NCBI GenBank assembly: GCA_037441285.1
Contig: JBBISL010000005.1
Location: 49,054 to 113,053 of the forward strand
Length of the DNA stretch: 64,000 nucleotides
Direction: 5' to 3'
Source of the DNA: a candidate division WOR-3 bacterium
GTDB taxonomy: Bacteria; Hydrothermota; Tepidihabitantia; Tepidihabitantales; Tepidihabitantaceae
A program made the translations under genes and the position numbers. Below are positions 48,242 through 58,078 of the stretch, in pieces. The stretch's first letter is position 1. Every line of letters starts with the position of its first letter. The notes under the pieces were generated by a model. The model was not told the origin of the DNA. It saw only the letters and a program-made list of their open reading frames with translations, and made no database searches.

Positions 48242-49036
48242 TTATTTTCTGGGACTGAGGACGGTCAGGATGCGGGTGACCGTTTCCTTGAGGTTGCGGC
48301 GGATACAGACGATGTCAATCAAGCCGTGTTTGAGCATAAATTCGGCGCGTTGAAAACCTTCGGGCAGTTTCTCGCCAATCGTGTCTTCAATTACCCGCTG
48401 ACCCGCAAATCCCAAAAGGGCACCGGGTTCCGAGATAATCACATCACCGAGCGAGGCAAACGATGCCATTACGCCGGCGGTGCAGGGGTCAATCGGAATG
48501 GAGATAAACGGGACACCGGCGCGGCGCAAGAGTCCAAGTTCGGCTGAGGTCTTTGCCATCTGCATTAAGGAGAGGATGCCTTCCTGCATTCGGGCACCGC
48601 CCGAAGTGGCGATGATGACCAAGGGGCTTGTTTCGGTGCGTGCGAGCCGGACCGCCCGCGCCACCTTTTCGCCCACGACCGAGCCCATACTGCCACCGAT
48701 AAAACTGAAGTCCATTGCGCCGAATACCACGGGCAGGCGGGAGATGAGGCCGCGGCCATAGATGAAGGCGTCGTTTCGGCCGGTCTTTTCCCGTGCCTCT
48801 TTCACTTTTTCCGGATATCTGGGAAACTTAAGCGGGTCAGCGGCAACGAGTCCGGAATCCAGTTCTTCCCAGGTGCCTTCGTCCAGAAGGATTTTGATGT
48901 AGTCGTCCGGGGCAATCCGGAAGTGGAAGCCGCAGCGGTTGCAGATGTAGAAGTTGGACTCTAATGTTTTGCGGTAGATGATTTCGCCGCAGCCGTTGCA
49001 GCGAAACCAGAGGGTGTCACCGACCTTGCTCGCCAT
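48242..49036 (-). CDS. accD: Acetyl-CoA carboxylase carboxyltransferase beta subunit
   Basis: C4 zinc finger, MDFSFIGGSMGSVVGEK, SGGARMQEG, FAGQRVI; leaderless promoter at 49043-49070. Confidence 0.95.
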   Translation of the reverse strand: MASKVGDTLWFRCNGCGEIIYRKTLESNFYICNRCGFHFRIAPDDYIKILLDEGTWEELDSGLVAADPLKFPRYPEKVKEAREKTGRNDAFIYGRGLISRLPVVFGAMDFSFIGGSMGSVVGEKVARAVRLARTETSPLVIIATSGGARMQEGILSLMQMAKTSAELGLLRRAGVPFISIPIDPCTAGVMASFASLGDVIISEPGALLGFAGQRVIEDTIGEKLPEGFQRAEFMLKHGLIDIVCIRRNLKETVTRILTVLSPRK

Positions 49037-49112
49037 AGATGTAGTATAAAAACCGGGCTCGGCCAGTCAAGGCAGAGCCCGGGATGAAAACCGTTAGCGG
49101 TTGCGCGCGCAG

Positions 49113-49391
49113 TTACCGCATACCACCGCGGGGTGGTCTTTCGGTACGTGCCCGCGCTTCGTTCACGGTCAGCTGTCTGCCGTCCAGTTCGTATTGATTC
49201 AGGGCGGCGATGGCGGCTGCGGCTCCCTCATCGGTCGCCATTTCCACAAAGGCAAATCCCCGAGACCGCTCGGTGAACTTGTCTTTGATTATCTCGACCG
49301 AGGCAACTTCACCGTGCTGGGAAAAGAGTTCCCGCAGGGTTTCCTCGGTGGTGCTGAATGGGAGGTTTCCCACAAACACACGCTTACCCAT
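49113..49391 (-). CDS. RRM (RNP-1) RNA-binding protein
   Basis: RNP2 VFVGNL, RNP1 RGFAFVEM, Arg/Gly tail. Confidence 0.95.
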   Translation of the reverse strand: MGKRVFVGNLPFSTTEETLRELFSQHGEVASVEIIKDKFTERSRGFAFVEMATDEGAAAAIAALNQYELDGRQLTVNEARARTERPPRGGMR

Positions 49392-49534
49392 TTACTTACC
49401 TCCAGTAAGGTTTGTGCTTGGGGAGACGTTACAGGCTACGGGACAAAAAATCAGCCAACGCAGACCTTAACGGACCACAAGCGTTTCCGGGTCCCTTCTT
49501 CTTTACGGCTGGTTCTGGACCCGGCAGAACCAAC
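49392..49534 (-). promoter_or_regulatory. Structured ~143-nt 5' leader (putative pseudoknot) of RRM gene
   Basis: Promoter TTGACA-N16-TAATAT (49568-49541); 10-bp hairpin whose loop pairs downstream. Confidence 0.55.
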
Positions 49535-49922
49535 TGATTAATATTAGCAAAGTTATTGCCCCTGTCAACTCTAACGAAAAGAAGATGAGGCGGTGAATGG
49601 GCATCAGGGGGCAGGAGGGTTGTTAGGAAATTAAAATAATAGCAATTTCCCATACCATCCCTAATACGGTCCCGGGGTTGGGTAGGGAAAATCGGGCAAA
49701 AATGGGCTAACAGCAGGAATTACAAAGGGTTGATTGAAAATTGATAAAATCGGGCAGTATACTTTAAAGTATACTTTTGCCAAACCGGCATAACTGTTAG
49801 ATAGAAGGGTGGAACAGAAGCCGGGCTAAAACTGCCGGTTGCGATTGCGGTCGGTATGGCATATTTTTTACCCGATAAGGTCATGGTTGCCAGTGCCCGG
49901 TGATATATGTATTATAACCGAT

Positions 49923-50252
49923 ATGAAATTAAGGTTTTTATATTTTGAGGGTTGTCCCCACAAAGAGCCAGCGTTAGCCCGGTTAAGGCAGGTGCTAAAA
50001 GAGAAGAAGTTAGCGGTTGAGGTAGAGATGGTGGAAATCAAGAGCGAAGAGGATGCCCGGCGTTATCACTTTCTTGGTTCGCCCTCGGTTCAGGTGAACG
50101 GGCTTGACATTGAAAAGGAGCGGCGGAATGACCCACCGGTTTTTGGCTGCCGGATGTATAAGACAGAAGAGGGGTATAGCGGTGTTTTCCCCCGGGAGCG
50201 GCTCGAGGCGGCATTGAACGAGGTAAAGGGGGAGAAGCAAAAAGGAGGGTGA
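49923..50252 (+). CDS. Small thioredoxin-like protein (DUF2703-like)
   Basis: LYFEGCPH, FLGSPSVQVNGLD, GCRMY; leaderless ATG49923. Confidence 0.8.
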   Translation: MKLRFLYFEGCPHKEPALARLRQVLKEKKLAVEVEMVEIKSEEDARRYHFLGSPSVQVNGLDIEKERRNDPPVFGCRMYKTEEGYSGVFPRERLEAALNEVKGEKQKGG

Positions 50253-51379
50253 GGGTGGAGACGGTTGTATTCGGTTCGGGTTTGATGGCAAAGGCGGTAG
50301 CGTTTGACCTTATCCGGCAGAAGGATGTGGCGCAGGTTTATCTGATTGATGTTGATAAGAGGCGGCTGCAAAGTTTAAAAAAGTTTCTGGCGAGCCCGAA
50401 GGTGGTGCCGATTCAAGCCGATGCCACGGACCGCGACCTTTTACCTTTAATCGGTCGTTGCGCGGTGGCGGTGAGTTGTGTTCCTTACAACTTCAACCTC
50501 CGTCTCACCCAACGGGCGATTGCTGCCCGAACCAATTTTTGCGACCTCGGTGGCAACAACACGGTGGTGCGGCGTCAGTTTGCCCTGAACAAAGAGGCAA
50601 AAGCGGCCGGCATCACGGTAGTGCCGGACTGCGGCCTTGCGCCGGGGATGACCAACATCCTTGCCGCGGACGGTGTGAGCCGACTGGAGATAACCGAGGC
50701 GATTCACATCCGCGTGGGCGGATTACCGGTTAAGTCCAAACCGCCTTTGTTCTATAAACTGGTTTTTTCAGCCCAGGGGCTTTTGAATGAGTACGCTGAG
50801 CCCGGTCTGGTTTTAGAGGGCGGTAAGATTAAAAAGGTGCCGCCGCTTACCGGTGCAGAACCAATCCGGTTTCCGAAGCCGTTTGGCACCCTTGAGGCGT
50901 TTCACACCTCGGGTGGCTCTTCAACCCTGCCGGAGAGTTTTCAGGGTAAAGTCAAGACCCTGGACTACAAGACGATTCGGTATCCCGGGCACCGGTTGAT
51001 GTTTCGTCTGCTGTTAAAAACCGCGCTGGGCAACTGGCGCCGGGTGCCGCGGGCGCAACTTGCCTGTGCCCTGGAGCGCACCCTGGGGTTTGAAACCGAC
51101 GATGTGGTTTTGCTGCGGGTTGAGGTGCAGGGGATAAAGGCGGGCAAAAGGCGAACGGTTCGTTATCAGTTGATTGACTATGCGGACCCCAAAACGGAGT
51201 TGACCGCGATGATGCGCACAACCGGCTTTTCCGCGGCGATTGTCGCGTTGCTGCTCGGCCGGGGTCAGGTTTTAAGCAGAGGTGTTTTGCCCGGAGAAAG
51301 GGCAATCCCGACAAAGCGGTTTATCCGCGAACTGCGGCGCCGGGGTTTTGACCTGCGAATTACCAGTCGCGCCGGTTAA
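50249..51379 (+). CDS. Saccharopine dehydrogenase / lysine 6-dehydrogenase family protein
   Basis: GSGLMA, DLGGN, DCGLAPG, YKTIRYPGH, TAMMRTTGF. Confidence 0.9.
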   Translation: MRVETVVFGSGLMAKAVAFDLIRQKDVAQVYLIDVDKRRLQSLKKFLASPKVVPIQADATDRDLLPLIGRCAVAVSCVPYNFNLRLTQRAIAARTNFCDLGGNNTVVRRQFALNKEAKAAGITVVPDCGLAPGMTNILAADGVSRLEITEAIHIRVGGLPVKSKPPLFYKLVFSAQGLLNEYAEPGLVLEGGKIKKVPPLTGAEPIRFPKPFGTLEAFHTSGGSSTLPESFQGKVKTLDYKTIRYPGHRLMFRLLLKTALGNWRRVPRAQLACALERTLGFETDDVVLLRVEVQGIKAGKRRTVRYQLIDYADPKTELTAMMRTTGFSAAIVALLLGRGQVLSRGVLPGERAIPTKRFIRELRRRGFDLRITSRAG

Positions 51380-51825
51380 ACCAGTTCGGCAAGAAGTTTT
51401 GCCGCCTCTTCAACCAGGGCAATCTCGTCCCGGGTAAAGGCGTGGGGCTGAGAGGCATCAATCGCAATCTCGCCCCAGAATTTGCCCTGTTTGATTATCG
51501 GCACAACCAGTTCGGAACGGGTTTCGGAAAAACAGGTCAGGTAGCGGGCATCGGCGCTGACATCAGGCACCACCTCGGTGCGCATCGTTACCGCCACCGT
51601 ACCGCAGATACCCCTGCCCACTGGAATCTGTTCAAACCCTTTAGGCTCTTTACCCTGGTATGGTCCGAGTACAAGGGTTTTGCCCGCAAGCTGGAAGATG
51701 CCAACCCAGTTGAAGTCCGGGAAATGTTTTTTGAGGGCCATTACTACACGGGCCTGGGCATCTTCGGCACGCTGGCTGGCGCGGACCAGTTCCCGCAGTT
51801 CGTTTAATTGTGCTTGGTACTTCAT
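51376..51825 (-). CDS. GAF domain protein (free Met-R-sulfoxide reductase MsrC-like)
   Basis: NWVG, LGPYQG, GRGICG, YLTCF..TRSELVVP; ATGA overlap at 51825. Confidence 0.8.
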   Translation of the reverse strand: MKYQAQLNELRELVRASQRAEDAQARVVMALKKHFPDFNWVGIFQLAGKTLVLGPYQGKEPKGFEQIPVGRGICGTVAVTMRTEVVPDVSADARYLTCFSETRSELVVPIIKQGKFWGEIAIDASQPHAFTRDEIALVEEAAKLLAELV

Positions 51826-52925
51826 ATCAGAAATCTCCCGTCTTTCATTATCGGTTTGCCATCGCCATAAACGGTAAACCCTTTTCTCGTGTCGCAAACC
51901 ATATCCCAGTGAATGACCGAGCGGTTTTTGCTGCCGGTTTTCGGATAGCCGGTGCCCAGGGCGACATGGACGGTACCGCCAATCTTCTCGTCAAACAGGA
52001 TGTCCTTGGTAAACCGCTGGATTGAGTAGTTGGTACCAAAGGCGAGTTCGCCCACCCGTTTTGCCCCTTCATCGGTGTTAACCATCGCCCGGAGGATGTC
52101 GGCACCTTTGTCCGCGGACATTTCCACCACCTTGCCCTTTTTGAACACGAGCCGGATATTCTCCACCTCTTTACCCTGATAGATTGCCGGGTAGGTGTAG
52201 CGGATAAACCCTTCGGTTTTGTCCTCTTCGGGTCCGGTGAACACCTCACCATCCGGGAAGTTGTTGTGGCCATCGCAGTTTGCCCATTTTCTGCCCCGGA
52301 CCCCAAAGGTGATGTCGGTGTCCTGACCGACGATGCGGATGGTGCTCAGCCGGTTCAGTTTGTTAATCAACCGCTGTTGCCGTTTTGATATCTTCTGCCA
52401 CTCGCGGATTGGGTCTGGTTTGTCTAACAGTCCGGCGCCAAACACAAACTCCTCGTACTCAATACGGGACATCGCCGCCTCTTGCGCCAGGGCATCGGTC
52501 GGAAAGTTGGTCAGTACCCAGCGCAGTTTGCCTTCAGCCTCGCGCTGCAATCGGCGCTGGAGCAGGACCTTGCGGGCGCTTTGATAGATACTCATATTTG
52601 CGGCATCGATACCGGTCAACTCTTTCAGATTCCAGCCACCCCGCACAAAGAACAGGGCATCCGCCTTTTCCACTTCCACGAGGTCGGTCGGCGCGACGAA
52701 GCGCAACTGCTGGGGTTTCGCATTGCGGAAGAGAAGATAGGTGGCGTCCGGGATACTGACGCGCAGTGTCACATTGGCGCCGACCTTTAGTGCTTCCAGT
52801 TCCAGCGCCTTTAACAAGGGCTCGGCATTGGCCGGACCATAGATTACCGCCCATTCGCCTTTTTTGAGCCGGACGCTGTAACGGACCATCAGTTTTGCCA
52901 GTTTTTCAATCCTTGGGTCAAACAT
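51822..52925 (-). CDS. Aminopeptidase, M29 (AmpS/PepS) family
   Basis: NFPDGEVFT, GELAFG, LFDEKIGGTVHVALG, SVIHWDMV. Confidence 0.93.
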   Translation of the reverse strand: MFDPRIEKLAKLMVRYSVRLKKGEWAVIYGPANAEPLLKALELEALKVGANVTLRVSIPDATYLLFRNAKPQQLRFVAPTDLVEVEKADALFFVRGGWNLKELTGIDAANMSIYQSARKVLLQRRLQREAEGKLRWVLTNFPTDALAQEAAMSRIEYEEFVFGAGLLDKPDPIREWQKISKRQQRLINKLNRLSTIRIVGQDTDITFGVRGRKWANCDGHNNFPDGEVFTGPEEDKTEGFIRYTYPAIYQGKEVENIRLVFKKGKVVEMSADKGADILRAMVNTDEGAKRVGELAFGTNYSIQRFTKDILFDEKIGGTVHVALGTGYPKTGSKNRSVIHWDMVCDTRKGFTVYGDGKPIMKDGRFLI

Positions 52926-52945
52926 TATTCCTCCTTTTTATCTAT

Positions 52946-54352
52946 TTAGCCGATTTTTTTATTTCGGGTGACAAAAAACCCGACAATGCAAGCGACGACG
53001 ACCAGTATTCCAAAACCAAAAAGCAACCGCCGGCCCGAGATGAAATTGGTCAACTGCCCGATTAAAAATGCGGCGATAGCAAAGAGGAGATGCAGGAGCC
53101 AGTCCCGGGTGGAAAAGATACGACCCCGGACCTCTTCTGGCACCGCTTCGTGTAACAAAGTGTCCATTCCGATGTAGACCGGTGACAGCGCCAGACCGGC
53201 GATAAATATCAGGGGTGCAACCGGCGCGAATGTCTTTGATGCGGCGAGCCCGGCAACAACCGCGCCCATCGTCAGAAAGCAGACAAGGATGACCTTGTGT
53301 TTGGGCAGGCGATGGCCAATGATGCCGTAACCCATTGAGGAAAGAAGTAAGCCGATTGAGCCGATAGCCGCGACATAACCAACACCCTTGGTGCCCAGAC
53401 CAACACCACCCAGTTCCCGGCTTGACTGAATCACCGGAACATAGAGGACGACTACCGCGGCGCCCAAAATCACCATCAGGACGATGGAGGAGTAAACGAA
53501 CCAGACCGCAGGCTCGCCCTTGACCACGCGCAGGAGCCCTTTGACACTTTCCACCATCCGGGACTGCTCTTTGATGAAAAGTTGAACCTCGGGTCTGGGT
53601 GCTGGGTTGTGCTTATTGCCGCTGGCAAGCCGCTTGAAGATAAAGAGAAGCGAAATTACCGAGACGAAGTAGGTGAAGGAGTCAATGTAAAACCCCGCGG
53701 TCCAGACCGGCTTGATTCCCAGTCGTGCCCAGCCGTTCCAGTCGACGATTAAGCCACCGAGAACCATACCGGCAAAGGTTGCGAGCCGGCCGATGATGTT
53801 CAAGACCGAGTTAGCACCGAGCACCCGCTCCGGTCCCACGAGGTTAGGGATGATGGCGAGTCGGGAGGTGTTGAAGAATAGACCAAAGAGAAACACTAAA
53901 AAGGCAAGAAAGTAGACGAGGAGCAGTTGATTGGTGGCGATGGCAAGGAGCGGGATGAGTAGCACGAGAACCGTCCGGCAGGAGTCGCACACAATCATCA
54001 CCTTGCGCCGGTCCCAGCGGTCAACGAGGACACCGGCAAGCGGTCCAAAGAGCACGGTAGGTAGCGCAACCACCACCGAGAGATAGGAGATTGCCCGGGC
54101 ACTTTCCCAGCCGAACCGGGTGGCGTAGTAGGCAATCATCGCGAGAAGTGCCATATAGTCCAGTTTGTCACCGAACAAAGAAAAAGCCTGGGAGAGGGCA
54201 AACACAACAAACTCCGGAATCCGCAACACCGGTAAGAGCTGGCTCTTGCGCGGGGTCAATGGTTCAATCCCGGCATCAGGGTTGTTGCGGGCCGCCTTTT
54301 CGGGATGAGGCGGCAGATTGGTGTTGGGTTCAGGGGGTGTTTTCCGTTCCAT
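52946..54352 (-). CDS. MFS transporter
   Basis: AGVLVDRWDRRKVM motif A; about 12 TM helices. Confidence 0.9.
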   Translation of the reverse strand: MERKTPPEPNTNLPPHPEKAARNNPDAGIEPLTPRKSQLLPVLRIPEFVVFALSQAFSLFGDKLDYMALLAMIAYYATRFGWESARAISYLSVVVALPTVLFGPLAGVLVDRWDRRKVMIVCDSCRTVLVLLIPLLAIATNQLLLVYFLAFLVFLFGLFFNTSRLAIIPNLVGPERVLGANSVLNIIGRLATFAGMVLGGLIVDWNGWARLGIKPVWTAGFYIDSFTYFVSVISLLFIFKRLASGNKHNPAPRPEVQLFIKEQSRMVESVKGLLRVVKGEPAVWFVYSSIVLMVILGAAVVVLYVPVIQSSRELGGVGLGTKGVGYVAAIGSIGLLLSSMGYGIIGHRLPKHKVILVCFLTMGAVVAGLAASKTFAPVAPLIFIAGLALSPVYIGMDTLLHEAVPEEVRGRIFSTRDWLLHLLFAIAAFLIGQLTNFISGRRLLFGFGILVVVACIVGFFVTRNKKIG

Positions 54353-54355
54353 AGC

Positions 54356-55513
54356 TCAGTAGCGCTCAAACCTTGGGATTGGGTAGCGGTCGAGCAGCTC
54401 CTGATAGAACTGCTCAACCTGTTCGGCAATCCTGCCCCAGGAGAATTCCAGTGCCCGGCGCCTGCCGGCTTCGCCCATTTTGCGCGCCAGTTCGGGCTTT
54501 TTGAGAATTTTGACAATCGCCTGCGCCAGCTGGTGCGGGTCGCGGGGCGGTACGAGAAAACCCTGTTCCCCCGGGGTCAAGACGGTGCGATAACCGACAA
54601 TGTCCGAGGCAACAACGGGTCGGCCGGTCGCCATCGCTTCGAGCAGGACGATGCCAAAACTTTCGTAACCGATTGCCGGTGAGCAGAACAGGTCGCAACT
54701 GCGATAGTAAGCGGGCCGCATTTCACCCGGTATTAGCCCTGCCCAGTAGACATGCGCTTCAACCTCTTTGTCAAGGTAGCCTTTATAGGCGTAGCCTAAC
54801 AAGCCGGTGCCGACCACGACCAGTTGGACATCCGGAATCTCACGGACAATTTCGGGTAGCGCCATCAACAGGTATTTAAGCCCTTTGCGCGGCTCAAATC
54901 GGCCCAGGAAAAGGATTTTAGGCCGGCCGTTGTTGAGTTCGGGAACCGGGGCAACATCGGGACGGAAAAACTGGACATCGATGCCGTTGGGGATGATGCG
55001 ATATTCACCCGGGAAGTATTTGGCGGCAGAGTCCCGAGCCGCGGTCGAGACCGCAATCTTGCCATGAATCGCCCGAAAATAAGGTAAAAGAAAGGAACGG
55101 GCGAGCGCATAGCCGATGCTTTTGTCGTGGTTGGCGTGGAAGGTGAACACATTTACCACCCGGGAAACACGGAGCGCGACGAGCGGCAGGGTGGGAGCGA
55201 GCGAGCCGTGCATATGGATGATTTCAAACTGTTCCTTTTCGAAAAATTTTTTCACCCGGGCACCAGGTCTAATCGCAACCGGGACGCGGGCAAACGATTT
55301 GTTGGAGCGAATCACCAGACCCCGGCCTACCCGAAAAACCTGGTCTTCGTCCGGAACCTGGTCCAGGCAGTCTATCATCTTGGCGCCGACCTTGGTGGTG
55401 AGGATTTTTACCGTATGGCCCCGCTGCCGCAACTCTCTTGCCAGATGGTGAATGTGTTCGGCGATACCACCGATATACGGGTAGTAGTTGTCCGAGACCA
55501 TGCAGATGCGCAT
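54356..55513 (-). CDS. GT4 glycosyltransferase (PimA-like)
   Basis: GGIAEH, IPNGID, FLGRFEPRKG, ESFGIVLLEAMA. Confidence 0.92.
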   Translation of the reverse strand: MRICMVSDNYYPYIGGIAEHIHHLARELRQRGHTVKILTTKVGAKMIDCLDQVPDEDQVFRVGRGLVIRSNKSFARVPVAIRPGARVKKFFEKEQFEIIHMHGSLAPTLPLVALRVSRVVNVFTFHANHDKSIGYALARSFLLPYFRAIHGKIAVSTAARDSAAKYFPGEYRIIPNGIDVQFFRPDVAPVPELNNGRPKILFLGRFEPRKGLKYLLMALPEIVREIPDVQLVVVGTGLLGYAYKGYLDKEVEAHVYWAGLIPGEMRPAYYRSCDLFCSPAIGYESFGIVLLEAMATGRPVVASDIVGYRTVLTPGEQGFLVPPRDPHQLAQAIVKILKKPELARKMGEAGRRRALEFSWGRIAEQVEQFYQELLDRYPIPRFERY

Positions 55514-55516
55514 CGG

Positions 55517-56737
55517 CTATTCGGTTCGGTGCGGAAATGCTTTTAAACCTGCCGCCAGAACCCGGACCGCCCGCACTAGGTCTTCGCACTTCAAAACATA
55601 GGCGATGCGCACCTCATCTTTGCCCAGCCCGGGTGTGGCGTAAAAACCCTGTGCCGGTGCCAGCATCACCGTCTCGCGGTCAAGGTGAAAGTCGTTTAAC
55701 AGGAAGATGGCAAACGCTTCGGCATCAGTAACCGGCAGGCGCGCGATGAGGTAAAATGCGCCCCGGGGTCGCAGGAACTTGACACCGGGGATTTTACTCA
55801 ATTCGGCGCACAGGACATCACGGCGGTGCCGGTATTCGTCCCGCACCTGCGCAAAGTAGGACGGTGGAATATCCTGGGCACGCTGGGCGGCTAACTGGTC
55901 AATGGTTGGCGGGCAGAGCCGCGCCTGACCAAATTTCAGCATCGCCCCCATAAACTCCTTGTTTCGGCTCACAACACAGCCGACCCGGGCACCGCAGGCG
56001 CTGTAGCGCTTGGAGATGGAGTCAACCATCACCGCCCGGTCTTCAATACCCTTTAAGTTGAGGACGCTCAAAGGCTGGACACCTTCATCGTAAACAAACT
56101 CCCGGTACACCTCATCGCCGATTAAGAACAGGTTGTACTCGAGCGCGAGCTGGCGCAACAGTTCCATCTCCGTTTCGGAGTAAACAACACCGGTCGGGTT
56201 GCCGGGGTTGGAGAAGAGAATCGCTTTGGTACGGCGGGTAATCAGGCGCACAAACTGTTCTTTAGGGGGCAGGGCAAACCCGTTATCGGCGTGGGTGGTT
56301 ATCGGCACCAGTTTCACTCCTGCCATTATCGCAAAACCGAAGTAGTTGGTGTAAAACGGCTCGGGCACAATTACTTCATCGCCCGGGTCGGTAACCGCTT
56401 TGATGGCAAAGAGAATCGCCTCACTGCCACCGGTGGTTACGAGGATGTCGTCGCCGGTAACATCAATCCCGACCGAGTGGTAGTAGGAAACGAGGGTCTG
56501 GATATAGGTTTGTAATCCGGCAGAATGACCATAACCGAGAACCTTGATGTCAACCTCCCGGTAGCCTTTCATTATCTCGGCCGGGGTTTCGATGTCGGGC
56601 TGCCCGATGTTGAGATGGTAAACCTTTATCCCTCTTGCCTTTGCCTTTTCGGCATAGGGCACAAGCCGCCGGATGGGCGATGCGGGCATTAACCGGACAC
56701 GCTGGGAAAGTTGTAACATTTGTTTTTCACTCATCAT
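55517..56737 (-). CDS. PLP-dependent aminotransferase class I/II
   Basis: LNIGQPD, SNPGNPTG, DEVYREF, SISKRYSACGARVG. Confidence 0.93.
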   Translation of the reverse strand: MMSEKQMLQLSQRVRLMPASPIRRLVPYAEKAKARGIKVYHLNIGQPDIETPAEIMKGYREVDIKVLGYGHSAGLQTYIQTLVSYYHSVGIDVTGDDILVTTGGSEAILFAIKAVTDPGDEVIVPEPFYTNYFGFAIMAGVKLVPITTHADNGFALPPKEQFVRLITRRTKAILFSNPGNPTGVVYSETEMELLRQLALEYNLFLIGDEVYREFVYDEGVQPLSVLNLKGIEDRAVMVDSISKRYSACGARVGCVVSRNKEFMGAMLKFGQARLCPPTIDQLAAQRAQDIPPSYFAQVRDEYRHRRDVLCAELSKIPGVKFLRPRGAFYLIARLPVTDAEAFAIFLLNDFHLDRETVMLAPAQGFYATPGLGKDEVRIAYVLKCEDLVRAVRVLAAGLKAFPHRTE

Positions 56738-56746
56738 CGGCTCCTT

Positions 56747-58024
56747 TCATTCTATTAACAGTTGCCTGATTTCTCCTTCCTGAACCGGACCGACGACACC
56801 GGCATAAAAGCGGTCGTCGCTTAAAAGTTCATCAACCAGTTGCGCAACCTCATCCAGTTTTAACCGGTTGTAAACCTCAATCGCCTCCTCGAGGGTTGTC
56901 ACCCTGCCCAGCATAAAATAACTACGGGCGATACGCATCATCCGGTTGATGGAACTTTCCGAACCCAAAATCAGGGCGCTGCGGGTCATTGTTAACGACC
57001 GTTCAAACTCTTCCCGGTTGATTTTCTCCTTGCGCAGCCGTGCCAGTTCTTCTTTAAGAACAGCGACGCACCGGGTTAGTTTTCGCTTTTCGGCAACGAA
57101 GTAGATACCCAATAGTCCCGAATCTTCGTAAAGTTCAACAAAACTGCCAATTGAATATACCAAACCTTCCTCTTCACGCAACCTTTGAAACAGCCGGGAA
57201 GAGACGCCACCTCCTAAGGCGGTGTTCAAGACCGAAAGGGCATAGCGCCGCGGGTCGGCAAAGGAAAAGGCGGGTTTGGCAAGGCAGACATAAACCTGGG
57301 ACAGTTCGCGGCGGGTGCGGACCAGGGTTTGCGGCGCCATCAATGTTGAACGAACCCGGGACGGGGTCTGACAGTTGTCCCGGTTCAATTGGGCGAGGAG
57401 CTCAGCAACCTGCTGGTGCTCAACATCTCCGGCGGCAACGGCAACCGCACAGTTCGGCCCGTAATAGCGGTGATAAAAATTTTGTAATTGGTGCCGGTTT
57501 ATGTTCGCAACCGAATTGAATGTTCCAATAACGGGTTTGCCCAAAGGGCTTGCGCCGTAGAGCGCCTGGAGCAGCAGGTTAACAGCGCACGATTCCGGGT
57601 CCTCTTCATTACTCCGGATTTCTTCGGTGACCACCTCTTTTTCCTTCTGCAGTTCGACTTCAAGGAAAGCGGGTTTACCTAAAATTTCGGTTAGCAATCC
57701 GGTAACCTCTTTTACTTTATCAGCCGGTGCCCGGGTGTAGAAACAGGTCGCTTCTTTGTCGGTAAAGGCGTTTAACTCCGCACCGCAGGACTCAGCCTTC
57801 ACATTTATCGCCCGCGCATCCATCTGTTCGGTTCCTTTGAAAATCATATGCTCAATGAGGTGGGCGGTTCCTTCCTGTCCGGGTGGGTCGTCACGACTCC
57901 CGAGCCGAAAGGCAAAACCGAGTGACAGGGACTTGAGATAGGGTAGCCTTTCGGAAATAACAAGTAAGCCACCCGGGTTGCGGGTGGCTTGAATCTCTCC
58001 AGCACCGGAAAAGTCTATCGCCAT
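56747..58024 (-). CDS. M16 family zinc peptidase
   Basis: AHLIEHMIFKGT, NAFTDKE, SSRLFQRLREEEGLVYS; follows pnp. Confidence 0.93.
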   Translation of the reverse strand: MAIDFSGAGEIQATRNPGGLLVISERLPYLKSLSLGFAFRLGSRDDPPGQEGTAHLIEHMIFKGTEQMDARAINVKAESCGAELNAFTDKEATCFYTRAPADKVKEVTGLLTEILGKPAFLEVELQKEKEVVTEEIRSNEEDPESCAVNLLLQALYGASPLGKPVIGTFNSVANINRHQLQNFYHRYYGPNCAVAVAAGDVEHQQVAELLAQLNRDNCQTPSRVRSTLMAPQTLVRTRRELSQVYVCLAKPAFSFADPRRYALSVLNTALGGGVSSRLFQRLREEEGLVYSIGSFVELYEDSGLLGIYFVAEKRKLTRCVAVLKEELARLRKEKINREEFERSLTMTRSALILGSESSINRMMRIARSYFMLGRVTTLEEAIEVYNRLKLDEVAQLVDELLSDDRFYAGVVGPVQEGEIRQLLIE

Positions 58025-58078
58025 CGCATCAGATTAACTTCGGTTCAGAGGGTTGCACCGCAGTTCACCGCTCAACTG

